The translations under genes were made by a program, and so were the position numbers. Of a stretch of DNA of 64,000 bases, positions 12,501-26,500 are shown one piece after another; position 1 is the first letter of the stretch; every line of letters begins with the position of its first letter. The notes beneath the pieces were generated by a model. The model made no database searches, was not told the origin of the DNA, and saw only the letters and a program-made list of their open reading frames with translations. The DNA comes from Eledone cirrhosa (Eukaryota): positions 248,558,001 through 248,622,000 of the forward strand of contig OZ024741.1 of NCBI GenBank assembly GCA_964016885.1. The letters are read 5' to 3'.

Positions 12501-15500
12501 ATAATTTCCAGCCGTCCAAGGGGAGATAATTTTTTTAAAAAAATCAGGCGGAGATAATTTGTAAACAAAAATCAGGGGGAGATAATTTGTAAAAAAAAAT
12601 CAGGGGGAGATAATTTGTAAAAAAAAATCAGGGGGAGATAATTTGTAAAAAAAATCAAGGGGAGATAATTTGTAAAAAAAAATCAGGGGTAGATAATTTG
12701 TAAAAAAAAATCAGGGGGAAATAATTTGTAAAAAAAAAATCAGGGGGAGATAATTTGTAAAAAAATCAAGGGGAGATAATTTCCAGCCGTCCAAGGGGAG
12801 ATAATTTTCAGCCGTCCAAGGAGAGGTAATTTCTAGCCGTCCAAGGGGAGATAATTTCCAGCCAGCCAAGGGGAGATAATTTGTAAAAAAATCAGATGTA
12901 GATAATTTGTAAAAAAAAATCAGGGGGAGATAATTTGTAAAAAAAATCAGGGGGAGATAATTTGTAAAAAAAATCAGGGGTAGATAATTTCCAGCCGTCC
13001 AAGGGGAGATAATTTCCATCCTTCCAAGGGGAGATAATTTCCAGCCGTCCAAGGGGAGATAATTTCCCGCCAGCCAAGGAGAGATAATATTTAAAAAAAT
13101 CAGGCGGAGATAATTTGTAAAAAAAATCAGGGGGAGATAATTTGTAAAAAAAAATCAGGGGAGATAATTTGTAAAAAAAATCAGGGGGAGATAATTTGTA
13201 AAAAAAAATCAGGGGTAGATAATTTGTAAAAAAAAATCAGGGGGAGATAATTTGTAAAAAAAAAATCAGGGGGAGATAATTTGTAAAAAAATCAAGGGGA
13301 GATAATTTCCAGCCGTCCAAGGGGAGATAATTTTCAGCCGTCCAAGGAGGTAATTTCTAGCCGTCCAAGGGGAGATAATTTCCAGCCGTCCAAGGGGAGA
13401 TAATTTTTTTAAAAAAATCAGGCGGAGATAATTTGTAAACAAAAATCAGGGGGAGATAATTTGTAAAAAAAAATCAGGGGGAGATAATTTGTAAAAAAAA
13501 ATCAGGGGGAGATAATTTGTAAAAAAAATCAAGGGGAGATAATTTCCAGCCGTCCAAGGGGAGGTAATATCTAGCCATCCAAGGGGAGATAATTTCCAGC
13601 CGTCCAAGGGGAGATAATTTCCAGCCGTCCAAGGGGAGATAATATCCAGCCGTCCAAGGAGACATATTTTCCAGCCGTCCAAGGAGACGTAATTTCTAGC
13701 CGTCCAAGGGGAGATAAGTTCCAGCCTCCAAGGGGAGATAATTTCCAGCCAGCCAAGGGGAGATAATTTGTAAAAAAATTAGGGGGAGATAATTTGTAAA
13801 AAAAAATTAGGGGGAGATAATTTGTAAAAAAAAATCAGGGGGAGATAATTTGTAAAAAAAAATCAGGGGGAGATAATTTGTAAAAAAAATCAAGGGGAGA
13901 TAATTTCCAGCCAGCCAAGGGGAGATAATTTGTAAAAAAATTAGGGGGAGATAATTTGTAAAAAAAAATTAGGGGGAGATAATTTGTAAAAAAAAATCAG
14001 GGGGAGATAATTTGTAAAAAAAAATCAGGGGGAGATAATTTGTAAAAAAAAATCAGGGGGAGATAATTTGTAAAAAAAAAATCAGGCGGAGATAATTTGT
14101 AAAAAAATCAAGGGGAGATAATTTCCAGCCGTCCAAGGGGAGATAATTTTCAGCCGTCCAAGGAGAGGTAATTTCTAGCCGTCCAAGGGGAGATAATTTC
14201 CAGCCGTCCAAGGGGAGATAATTTTTTTAAAAAAATCAGGCGTAGATAATTTGTAAACAAAAATCAGGGGGAGATAATTTGTAAAAAAAAATCAGGGGGA
14301 GATAATTTGTAAAAAAAATCAGGGGGAGATAATTTGTAAAAAAAATCAAGGGGAGATAATTTGTAAAAAAAAATCAGGGGTAGATAATTTGTAAAAAAAA
14401 ATCAGGGGTAGATAATTTGTAAAAAAAAAATCAGGGGGAGATAATTTGTAAAAAAATCAAGGGGAGATAATTTCCAGCCGTCCAAGGGGAGATAATTTTC
14501 AGCCGTCCAAGGAGAGGTAATTTCTAGCCGTCCAAGGGGAGATAATTTCCAGCCAGCCAAGGGGAGATAATTTGTAAAAAAATCAGGGGTAGATAATTTG
14601 TAAAAAAAAATCAGGGGGAGATAATTTGTAAAAAAAATCAGGGGGAGATAATTTGTAAAAAAAATCAGGGGTACATAATTTCCAGCCGTCCAAGGGGAGA
14701 TAATTTCCATCCTTCCAAGGGGAGATAATTTCCAGCCGTCCAAGGGGAGATAATTTCCCGCCAGCCAAGGAGAGATAACATTTAAAAAAATCAGGCGGAG
14801 ATAATTTGTAAAAAAAATCAGGGGGAGATAATTTGTAAAAAAATCAGGGGGAGATAATTTGTAAAAAAAATCAGGGGTAGATAATTTCCAGCCGTCCAAG
14901 GGGAGATAATTTCCATCCTTCCAAGGGGAGATAATTTCCAGCCGTCCAAGGGGAGATAATTTCCCGCCAGCCAAGGAGAGATAATATTTAAAAAAATCAG
15001 GCGGAGATAATTTGTAAAAAAAATCAGGGGGAGATAATTTGTAAAAAAATCAGGAGGAGATAATTTGTAAAAAAAAATCAGGGGAGATAATTTGTAAAAA
15101 AAATCAGGGGGAGATAATTTGTAAAGAAAAATCAGGGGTAGATAATTTGTAAAAAAAATCAGGGGGAGATAATTTGTAAAAAAAAAATCAGGGGGAGATA
15201 ATTTGTAAAAAAATCAAGGGGAGATAATTTCCAGCCGTCCAAGGGGAGATAATTTTCAGCCGTCCAAGGAGGTAATTTCTAGCCGTCCAAGGGGAGATAA
15301 TTTCCAGCCGTCCAAGGGGAGATAATTTTTTAAAAAAAATCAGGCGGAGATAATTTGTAAACAAAAATCAGGGGGAGATAATTTGTAAAAAAAAATCAGG
15401 GGGAGATAATTTGTAAAAAAAAATCAGGGGGAGATAATTTGTAAAAAAAATCAAGGGGAGATAATTTCCAGCCGTCCAAGGTGAGGTAATATCTAGCCAT

Positions 15501-18500
15501 CCAAGGGGAGATAATTTCCAGCCGTCCAAGGGGAGATAATTTCCAGCCGTCCAAGGGGAGATAATATCCAGCCGTCCAAGGAGACATATTTTCCAGCCGT
15601 ACAAGGAGAGGTAATTTCTAGCCGTCCAAGGGGAGATAAGTTCCAGCCTCCAAGGGGAGATAATTTCCAGCCAGCCAAGGGGAGATAATTTGTAAAAAAA
15701 TCAGGGGGAGATAATTTGTAAAAAAAAAATCAGGGGGAGATAATTTGTAAAAAAATCAGGGGGAGATAATTTGTAAAAAAAAAATCAGGGGGAGATAATT
15801 TGTAAAAAAAATCAGGGGGAGATAATTTGTAGAAAAAATCAGGGGTAGATAATTTGTAAAAAAAATCAGGGGGAGATAATTTGTAAAAAAAATCAGGGGG
15901 AGATAATTTGTAAAAAAAATCAGGGGTAGATAATTTTCAGCCGTCCAAGGGGAGATAATTTCCATCCTTCCAAGGGGAGATAATTTCCAGCCGTCCAAGG
16001 GGAGATAATTTCCCGCCAGCCAAGGAGAGATAACATTTAAAAAAATCAGGCGGAGATAATTTCTAAAAAAAATCAGGAGGAGATAATTTGTAAAAAAATC
16101 AGGGGGAGATAATTTGTAAAAAAAATCAGGGGTAGATAATTTCCAGCCGTCCAAGGGGAGATAATTTCCATCCTTCCAAGGGGAGATAATTTCCAGCCGT
16201 CCAAGGGGAGATAATTTCCGGCCAGCCAAGGAGAGATAATATTTAAAAAAATCAGGCGGAGATAATTTGTAAAAAAAATCAGGGGGAGATAATTTGTAAA
16301 AAAATCAGGGGGAGATAATTTGTAAAAAAAAATCAGGGGGAGATAATTTGTAAAAAAAATCAGGGGGAGATAATTTGTAAAAAAAATCAGGGGTAGATAA
16401 TTTGTAAAAAAAAATCAGGGGGAGATAATTTGTAAAAAAAAAATCAGGGGGAGATAAATTGTAAAAAAATCAAGGGGAGATAATTTCCAGCCGTCCAAGG
16501 GGAGATAATTTCCATCCTTCCAAGGGGAGATAATTTCCAGCCGTCCAAGGGGAGATAATTTCCCGCCAGCCAAGGAGAGATAACATTTAAAAAAATCAGG
16601 CGGAGATAATTTCTAAAAAAAATCAGGGGGAGATAATTTGTAAAAAAATCAGGGGGAGATAATTTGTAAAAAAAATCAGGGGTAGATAATTTCCAGCCGT
16701 CCAAGGGGAGATAATTTCCATCCTTCCAAGGGGAGATAATTTCCAGCCGTCCAAGGGGAGATAATTTCCGGCCAGCCAACGAGAGATAATATTTAAAAAA
16801 ATCAGGCGGAGATAATTTGTAAAAAAAATCAGGGGGAGATAATTTGTAAAAAAATCAGGGGGAGATAATTTGTAAAAAAAAATCAGGGGGAGATAATTTG
16901 TAAAAAAAATCAGGGGGAGATAATTTGTAAAAAAAATCAGGGGTAGATAATTTGTAAAAAAAAATCAGGGGGAGATAATTTGTAAAAAAAAAATCAGGGG
17001 GAGATAATTTGTAAAAAAATCAAGGGGAGATAATTTCCAGCCGTCCAAGGGGAGATAATTTTCAGCCGTCCAAGGAGAGGTAATTTCTAGCCGTCCAAGG
17101 GGAGATAATTTCCAGCCGTCCAAGGGGAGATAATTTTTTTAAAAAAATCAGGCGGAGATAATTTGTAAACAAAAATCAGGGGGAGATAATTTGTAAAAAA
17201 AAATCAGGGGGAGATAATTTGTAAAAAAAAATCAGGGGGAGATAATTTGTAAAAAAAATCAAGGGGAGATAATTTCCAGCCGTCCAAGGGGAGGTAATAT
17301 CTAGCCATCCAAGGGGAGATAATTTCCAGCCGTCCAAGGGGAGATAATATCCAGCCGTCCAAGGAGACATATTTTCCAGCCGTCCAAGGAGAGGTAATTT
17401 CTAGCCGTCCAAGGGGAGATAAGTTCCAGCCTCCAAGGGGAGATAATTTCCCGCCAGCCAAGGAGAGATAACATTTAAAAAAATCAGGCGGAGATAATTT
17501 GTAAAAAAAATCAGGGGGAGATAATTTGTAAAAAAATCAGGGGGAGATAATTTGTAAAAAAAATCAGGGGTAGATAATTTCCAGCCGTCCAAGGGGAGAT
17601 AATTTCCATCCTTCCAAGGGGAGATAATTTCCAGCCGTCCAAGGGGAGATAATTTCCCGCCAGCCAAGGAGAGATAATATTTAAAAAAATCAGGCGGAGA
17701 TAATTTGTAAAAAAAATCAGGGGGAGATAATTTGTAAAAAAATCAGGGGGAGATAATTTGTAAAAAAAAATCAGGGGGAGATAATTTGTAAAAAAAATCA
17801 GGGGGAGATAATTTGTAAAAAAAAATCAGGGGTAGATAATTTGTAAAAAAAAATCAGGGGGAGATAATTTGTAAAAAAAAATCAGGGGGAGATAATTTGT
17901 AAAAAAATCAAGGGGAGATAATTTCCAGCCGTCCAAGGGGAGATAATTTTCAGCCGTCCAAGGAGAGGTAATTTCTAGCCGTCCAAGGGGAGATAATTTC
18001 CAGCCGTCCAAGGGGAGATAATTTTTTTTAAAAAATCAGGCGGATAATTTGTAAACAAAAATCAGGGGGAGATAATTTGTAAAAAAAAATCAGGGGGAGA
18101 TAATTTGTAAAAAAAAATCAGGGGGAGATAATTTGTAAAAAAAATCAAGGGGAGATAATTTCCAGCCGTCCAAGGGGAGGTAATATCTAGCCATCCAAGG
18201 GGAGATAATTTCCAGCCGTCCAAGGGGAGATAATTTCCAGCCGTCCAAGGGGAGATAATATCCAGCCGTCCAAGGAGACATATTTTCCAGCCGTCCAAGG
18301 AGACGTAATTTCTAGCCGTCCAAGGGGAGATAAGTTCCAGCCTCCAAGGGGAGATAATTTCCAGCCAGCCAAGGGGAGATAATTTGTAAAAAAATTAGGG
18401 GGAGATAATTTGTAAAAAAAAATTAGGGGGAGATAATTTGTAAAAAAAAATCAGGGGGAGATAATTTGTAAAAAAAAATCAGGGGGAGATAATTTGTAAA

Positions 18501-20550
18501 AAAAAATCAGGGGGAGATAATTTGTAAAAAAAATCAAGGGGAGATAATTTCCAGCCGTCCAAGGGGAGATAATTTTCAGCCGTCCAAGGAGAGGTAAATT
18601 CTAGCCGTCCAAGGAGATATAATTTCCAGCCGTCCAAGGGGAGATAATTTCCAGCCGTCCAAGGGGAGATAATTTTTAAAAAAAAATCAGGCGGAGATAA
18701 TTTGTAAACAAAAATCAGGGGGAGATAATTTTTAAAAAAAAATCAGGGGGAGATAATTTGTAAAAAAAAATCAGGGGGAGATAATTTGTAAAAAAAATCA
18801 AGGGGAGATAATTTCCAGCCGTCCAAGGGGAGGTAATATCTAGCCATCCAAGGGGAGATAATTTCCAGCCGTCCAAGGGGAGATAATTTCCAGCCGTCCA
18901 AGGGGAGATAATATCCAGCCGTCCAAGGAGACATATTTTCCAGCCGTCCAAGGAGAGGTAATTTCTAGCCGTCCAAGGGGAGATAAGTTCCAGCCTCCAA
19001 GGGGAGATAATTTCCAGCCAGCCAAGGGGAGATAATTTGTAAAAAAATCAGGGGGGAGATAATTTGTAAAAAAAATCAGGGGGAGATAATTTGAAAAAAA
19101 AATCAGGGGGAGATAATTTGTAAAAAATATCAAGGGGAGATAATTTCCAGCCCTCCAAGGGGCTATAATTTCCAGCCGTGCAAGGGGAGATAATTTCCAG
19201 CCGTCCAAGGGGAGATAATTTCCATCCTTCCAAGGGGAGATAATTTCCAGCCGTCCAAGGGGAGATAATTTCCCGCCAGCCAAGGAGAGATAACATTTAA
19301 AAAAATCAGGCGGAGATAATTTGTAAAAAAATCAGGGGGAGATAATTTGTAAAAAAAAATCAGGGGGAGATAATAAGTAAAAAAAAATCAGGGGGAGATA
19401 ATTTGTAAAAAAAAATCAGGGGTAGATAATTTGTAAAAAAAAATCAGGGGGAGATAATTTGTAAAAAAAAAATCAGGGGGAGATAATTTGTAAAAAAATC
19501 AAGGGGAGATAATTTCCAGCCGTCCAAGGGGAGATAATTTTCAGCCGTCCAAGGAGAGGTAATTTCTAGCCGTCCAAGGGGAGATAATTTCCAGCCGTCC
19601 AAGGGGAGATAATTTTTTTAAAAAAATCAGGCGGAGATAATTTGTAAACAAAAATCAGGGGGAGATAATTTGTAAAAAAAAATCAGGGGGAGATAATTTG
19701 TAAAAAAAAATCAGGGGGAGATAATTTGTAAAAAAAATCAAGGGGAGATAATTTGTAAAAAAAAATCAGGGGTAGATAATTTGTAAAAAAAAATCAGGGG
19801 GAAATAATTTGTAAAAAAAAAATCAGGGGGAGATAATTTGTAAAAAAATCAAGGGGAGATAATTTCCAGCCGTCCAAGGGGAGATAATTTTCAGCCGTCC
19901 AAGGAGAGGTAATTTCTAGCCGTCCAAGGGGAGATAATTTCCAGCCAGCCAAGGGGAGATAATTTGTAAAAAAATCAGATGTAGATAATTTGTAAAAAAA
20001 AATCAGGGGGAGATAATTTGTAAAAAAAATCAGGGGGAGATAATTTGTAAAAAAAATCAGGGGTAGATAATTTCCAGCCGTCCAAGGGGAGATAATTTCC
20101 ATCCTTCCAAGGGGAGATAATTTCCAGCCGTCCAAGGGGAGATAATTTCCCGCCAGCCAAGGAGAGATAATATTTTAAAAAATCAGGCGGAGATAATTTG
20201 TAAAAAAAATCAGGGGGAGATAATTTGTAAAAAAATCAGGGGGAGATAATTTGTAAAAAAAAATCAGGGGAGATAATTTGTAAAAAAAATCAGGGGGAGA
20301 TAATTTGTAAAAAAAAATCAGGGGTAGATAATTTGTAAAAAAAAATCAGGGGGAGATAATTTGTAAAAAAAAAATCAGGGGGAGATAATTTGTAAAAAAA
20401 TCAAGGGGAGATAATTTCCAGCCGTCCAAGGGGAGATAATTTTCAGCCGTCCAAGGAGGTAATTTCTAGCCGTCCAAGGGGAGATAATTTCCAGCCGTCC
20501 AAGGGGAGATAATTTTTTTTTAAAAATCAGGCGGAGATAATTTGTAAACA
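6600..20550. repeat. Imperfect ~6.8-7.4-kb tandem higher-order duplication (about 6.6-13.4 kb and 13.4-20.55 kb)
   Basis: ORF-track offsets: 7561/14402, 8527/15368 and 8915/15756 = 6841; 9951/17401 = 7450; 11267/18715 = 7448; 12711/19794 = 7083. Shared rare variants GGGGTACATAA, AAGGTGAGGT, TTTCTAAAA, TTTCCGGCC, GGGGGAAATAA and TCAGATGTAG occur in the same order. Confidence 0.8.
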
Positions 20551-23500
20551 AAAATCAGGGGGAGATAATTTGTAAAAAAAAATCAGGGGGAGATAATTTG
20601 TAAAAAAAAATCAGGGGGAGATAATTTGTAAAAAAAATCAAGGGGAGATAATTTCCAGCCGTCCAAGGGGAGGTAATATCTAGCCATCCAAGGGGAGATA
20701 ATTTCCAGCCGTCCAAGGGGAGATAATTTCCAGCTGTCCAAGGGGAGATAATATCCAGCCGTCCAAGGAGACATATTTTCCAGCCGTCCAAGGAGAGGTA
20801 ATTTCTAGCCGTCCAAGGGGAGATAAGTTCCAGCCTCCAAGGGGAGAAAATTTCCAGCCAGCCAAGGGGAGATAATTTGTAAAAAAATCAGGGGGAGATA
20901 ATTTGTAAAAAAAAAATCAGGGGGAGATAATTTGTAAAAAAATCAGGGGGAGATAATTTGTAAAAAAAAAATCAGGGGGAGATAATTTGTAAAAAAAATC
21001 AGGGGGAGATAATTTGTAGAAAAAATCAGGGGTAGATAATTTGTAAAAAAAATCAGGGGGAGATAATTTGTAAAAAAATCAGGGGGAGATAATTTGTAAA
21101 AAAAATCAGGGGTAGATAATTTTCAGCCGTCCAAGGGGAGATAATTTCCATCCTTCCAAGGGGAGATAATTTCCAGCCGTCCAAGGGGAGATAATTTCCC
21201 GCCAGCCAAGGAGAGATAACATTTAAAAAAATCAGGCGGAGATAATTTGTAAAAAAAATCAGGGGGAGATAATTTGTAAAAAAATCAGGGGGAGATAATT
21301 TGTAAAAAAAATCAGGGGTAGATAATTTCCAGCCGTCCAAGGGGAGATAATTTCCATCCTTCCAAGGGGAGATAATTTCCAGCCGTCCAAGGGGAGATAA
21401 TTTCCCGCCAGCCAAGGAGAGATAATATTTAAAAAAATCAGGCGGAGATAATTTGTAAAAAAAATCAGGCGGAGATAATTTGTAAAAAAAAATCAGGGGG
21501 AGATAATTTGTAAAAAAAAATCAGGGGGAGATAATTTGTAAAAAAAAATCAGGGGGAGATAATTTGTAAAAAAAATCAAGGGGAGATAATTTCCAGCCGT
21601 CCAAGGGGAGATAATTTTCAGCCGTCCAAGGAGAGGTAAATTCTAGCCGTCCAAGGAGATATAATTTCCAGCCGTCCAAGGGGAGATAATTTCCAGCCGT
21701 CCAAGGGGAGATAATTTTTAAAAAAAAATCAGGCGGAGATAATTTGTAAACAAAAATCAGGGGGAGATAATTTTTAAAAAAAAATCAGGGGGAGATAATT
21801 TGTAAAAAAAAATCAGGGGGAGATAATTTGTAAAAATAATCAAGGGGAGATAATTTTCAGCCGTCCAAGGGGAGGTAATATCTAGCCATCCAAGGGGAGA
21901 TAATTTCCAGCCGTCCAAGGGGAGATAATTTCCAGCCGTCCAAGGGGAGATAATATCCAGCCGTCCAAGGAGACATATTTTCCAGCCGTCCAAGGAGAGG
22001 TAATTTCTAGCCGTCCAAGGGGAGATAAGTGCCAGCCTCCAAGGGGAGATAATTTCCAGCCAGCCAAGGGGAGATAATTTGTAAAAAAATCAGGGGGGAG
22101 ATAATTTGTAAAAAAAATCAGGGGGAGATAATTTGAAAAAAAAATCAGGGGGAGATAATTTGTAAAAAATATGAAGGGGAGATAATTTCCAGCCCTCCAA
22201 GGGGCTATAATTTCCAGCCGTGCAAGGGGAGATAATTTCCAGCCGTCCAAGGGGAGATAATTTCCATCCTTCCAAGGGGAGATAATTTCCAGCCGTCCAA
22301 GGGGAGATAATTTCCCGCCAGCCAAGGGAAGATAATTTTTTAAAAAATCAGGCGGAGATTGTAAAAAAAATCAGGGGGAGATAATTTGTAAAAAAATCAG
22401 GGGGAGATAATTTGTAAAAAAAAAATCAGGGGGAGATAATTTGTAAAAAAAAATCAGGGGGAGATAATTTGTAAAAAAAATCAGGGGGAGATAATTTGTA
22501 AAAAAAATCAGGGGTAGATAATTTTCAGCCGTCCAAGGGGAGATAATTTCCATCCTTCCAAGGGGAGATAATTTCCAGCCGTCCAAGCGGAGATAATTTC
22601 CCGCCAGCCAAGGAGAGATAACATTTAAAAAAATCAGGCGGAGATAATTTGTAAAAAAATCAGGGGGAGATAATTTGTAAAAAAAATCAGGGGTAGATAA
22701 TTTTCAGCCGTCCAAGGGGAGATAATTTCCATCCTTCCAAGGGGAGATAATTTCCAGCCGTCCAAGGGGAGATAATTTCCCGCCAGCCAAGGAGAGATAA
22801 CATTTAAAAAAATCAGGGGGAGATAATTTGTGAAAAAAAATCAGGGGGAGATAATTCGTAAAAAAAATCAGGGGGAGATAATTTGTAAAAAAATCAAGGG
22901 GAGATAATTTCCAGCCGTCCAAGGGGAGATAATTTTCAGCCGTCCAAGGAGAGGTAATTTCTAGCCGTCCAAGGGGAGATAATTTCCAGCCGTCCAAGGG
23001 GAGATAATTTTTTTAAAAAAATCAGGCGGAGATAATTTGTAAACAAAAATCAGGGGGAGATAATTTGTAAAAAAAAATCAGGGGGAGATAATTTGTAAAA
23101 AAAAATCAGGGGGAGATAATTTGTAAAAAAAATCAAGGGGAGATAATTTGTAAAAAAAAATCAGGGGTAGATAATTTGTAAAAAAAAATCAGGGGGAGAT
23201 AATTTGTAAAAAAAAAATCAGGGGGAGATAATTTGTAAAAAAATCAAGGGGAGATAATTTCCAGCCGTCCAAGGGGAGATAATTTTCAGCCGTCCAAGGA
23301 CAGGTAATTTCTAGCCGTCCAAGGGGAGATAATTTCCAGCCAGCCAAGGGGAGATAATTTGTAAAAAAATCAGGGGTAGATAATTTGTAAAAAAAAATCA
23401 GGGGGAGATAATTTGTAAAAAAAATCAGGGGTAGATAATTTCCAGCCGTCCAAGGGGAGATAATTTCCATCCTTCCAAGGGGAGACAATTTCCAGCCGTC

Positions 23501-26500
23501 CAAGGGGAGATAATTTCCCGCCAGCCAAGGAGAGATAACATTTAAAAAAATCAGGCGGAGATAATTTGTAAAAAAAATCAGGGGGAGATAATTTGTAAAA
23601 AAATCAGGGGGAGATAATTTGTAAAAAAAATCAGGGGTAGATAATTTCCAGCCGTCCAAGGGGAGATAATTTCCATCCTTCCAAGGGGAGATAATTTCCA
23701 GCCGTCCAAGGGGAGATAATTTCCCGCCAGCCAAGGAGAGATAATATTTAAAAAAATCAGGCGGAGATAATTTGTAAAAAAAATCAGGGGGAGATAATTT
23801 GTAAAAAAATCAGGGGGAGATAATTTGTAAAAAAAAATCAGGGGAGATAATTTGTAAAAAAAATCAGGGGGAGATAATTTGTAAAAAAAAATCAGGGGTA
23901 GATAATTTGTAAAAAAAAATCAGGGGGAGATAATTTGTAAAAAAAAATCAGGGGGAGATAATTTGTAAAAAAATCAAGGGGAGATAATTTCCAGCCATCC
24001 AAGGGGAGATAATTTTCAGCCGTCCAAGGAGGTAATTTCTAGCCGTCCAAGGGGAGATAATTTCCAGCCGTCCAAGGGGAGATAATTTTTTTTAAAAAAT
24101 CAGGCGGAGATAATTTGTAAACAAAAATCAGGGGGAGATAATTTGTAAAAAAAAATCAGGGGGAGATAATTTGTAAAAAAAATCAGGGGGAGATAATTTG
24201 TAAAAAAAATCAAGGGGAGATAATTTCCAGCCGTCCAAGGGGAGGTAATATTTAGCCATCCAAGGGGAGATAATTTCCAGCCGTCCAAGGGGAGATAATT
24301 TCCAGCCGTCCAAGGGGAGATAATATCCAGCCGTCCAAGGAGACATATTTTCCAGCCGTCCAAGGAGAGGTAATTTCTAGCCGTCCAAGGGGAGATAAGT
24401 TCCAGCCTCCAAGGGGAGATAATTTCCAGCCAGCCAAGGGGAGATAATTTGTAAAAAAATCAGGGGGGAGATAATTTGTAAAAAAAATCAGGGGGAGATA
24501 ATTTGAAAAAAAAATCAGGGGGAGATAATTTGTAAAAAATATCAATTTGAGATAATTTCCAGCCCTCCAAGGGGCTATAATTTCCAGCCGTGCAAGGGGA
24601 GATAATTTCCAGCCGTCCAAGGGGAGATAATTTCCATCCTTCCAAGGGGAGATAATTTCCAGCCGTCCAAGGGGAGATAATTTCTTGCCAGCCAAGGGAA
24701 GATAATTTTTTAAAAAATCAGGCGGAGATTGTAAAAAAAATCAGGGGGAGATAATTTGTAAAAAAATCAGGGGGAGATAATTTGTAAAAAAAAATCAGGG
24801 GGAGATAATTTGTAAAAAAAAATCAGGGGGAGATAATTTGTAAAAAAAATCAGGGGGAGATAATTTGTAAAAAAAATCAGGGGTAGATAATTTGTAAAAA
24901 AAATCAGGGGGAGATAATTTGTAAAAAAAATCAGGGGTAGATGATTTTCAGCCGTCCAAGGGGAGATAATTTCCATCCTTCCAAGGGGAGATAATTTCCA
25001 GCCGTCCAAGGGGAGATAATTTCCCGCCAGCCAAGGAGAGATAACATTTAAAAAAATCAGGCGGAGATAATTTGTAAAAAAATCAGGGGGAGACAATTTG
25101 TAAAAAAAATCAGGGGTAGATAATTTTCAGCCGTCCAAGGGGAGATAATTTCCATCCTTCCAAGGGGAGATAATTTCCAGCCGTCCAAGGGGAGATAATT
25201 TCCCGCCAGCCAAGGAGAGATAACATTTAAAAAAATCAGGGGGAGATAATTTGTAAAAAAAAATCAGGGGTAGATAATTTGTAAAAAAAAATCAGGGGGA
25301 GATAATTTGTAAAAAAAAAATCAGGGGGAGATAATTTGTAAAAAAATCAAGGGGAGATAATTTCCAGCCGTCCAAGGGGAGATAATTTTCAGCCGTCCAA
25401 GGAGAGGTAATTTCTAGCCGTCCAAGGGGAGATAATTTCCAGCCGTCCAAGGGGAGATAATTTTTTTAAAAAAATCAGGCGGAGATAATTTGTAAACAAA
25501 AATCAGGGGGAGATAATTTGTAAAAAAAAATCAGGGGGAGATAATTTGTAAAAAAAAATCAGGGGGAGATAATTTGTAAAAAAAATCAAGGGGAGATAAT
25601 TTGTAAAAAAAAATCAGGGGTAGATAATTTGTAAAAAAAAATCAGGGGGAGATAATTTGTAAAAAAAAAATCAGGGGGAGATAATTTGTAAAAAAATCAA
25701 GGGGAGATAATTTCCAGCCGTCCAAGGGGAGATAATTTTCAGCCGTCCAAGGAGGTAATTTCTAGCCGTCCAAGGGGAGATAATTTCCAGCCGTCCAAGG
25801 GGAGATAATTTTTTTTAAAAAATCTGGCGGAGATAATTTGTAAACAAAAATCAGGGGCAGATAATTTGTAAAAAAAAATCAGGGGGAGATAATTTGTAAA
25901 AAAAAATCAGGGGGAGATAATTTGTAAAAAAAATCAAGGGGAGATAATTTCCAGCCGTCCAAGGGGAGGTAATATCTAGCCATCCAAGGGGAGATAATCT
26001 CCAGCCGTCCAAGGGGAGATAATTTCCAGCCGTCCAAGGGGAGATAATATCCAGCCGTCCAAGGAGACATATTTTCCAGCCGTCCAAGGAGAGGTAATTT
26101 CTAGCCGTCCAAGGGGAGATAAGTTCCAGCCTCCAAGGGGAGAAAATTTCCAGCCAGCCAAGGGGAGATAATTTGTAAAAAAATCAGGGGGAGATAATTT
26201 GTAAAAAAAAAATCAGGGGGAGATAATTTGTAAAAAAATCAGGGGGAGATAATTTGTAAAAAAAAAATCAGGGGGAGATAATTTGTAAAAAAAATCAGGG
26301 GGAGATAATTTGTAGAAAAAATCAGGGGTAGATAATTTGTAAAAAAAATCAGGGGGAGATAATTTGTAAAAAAAATCAGGGGGAGATAATTTGTAAAAAA
26401 AATCAGGGGTAGATAATTTTCAGCCGTCCAAGGGGAGATAATTTCCATCCTTCCAAGGGGAGATAATTTCCAGCCGTCCAAGGGGAGATAATTTCCCGCC

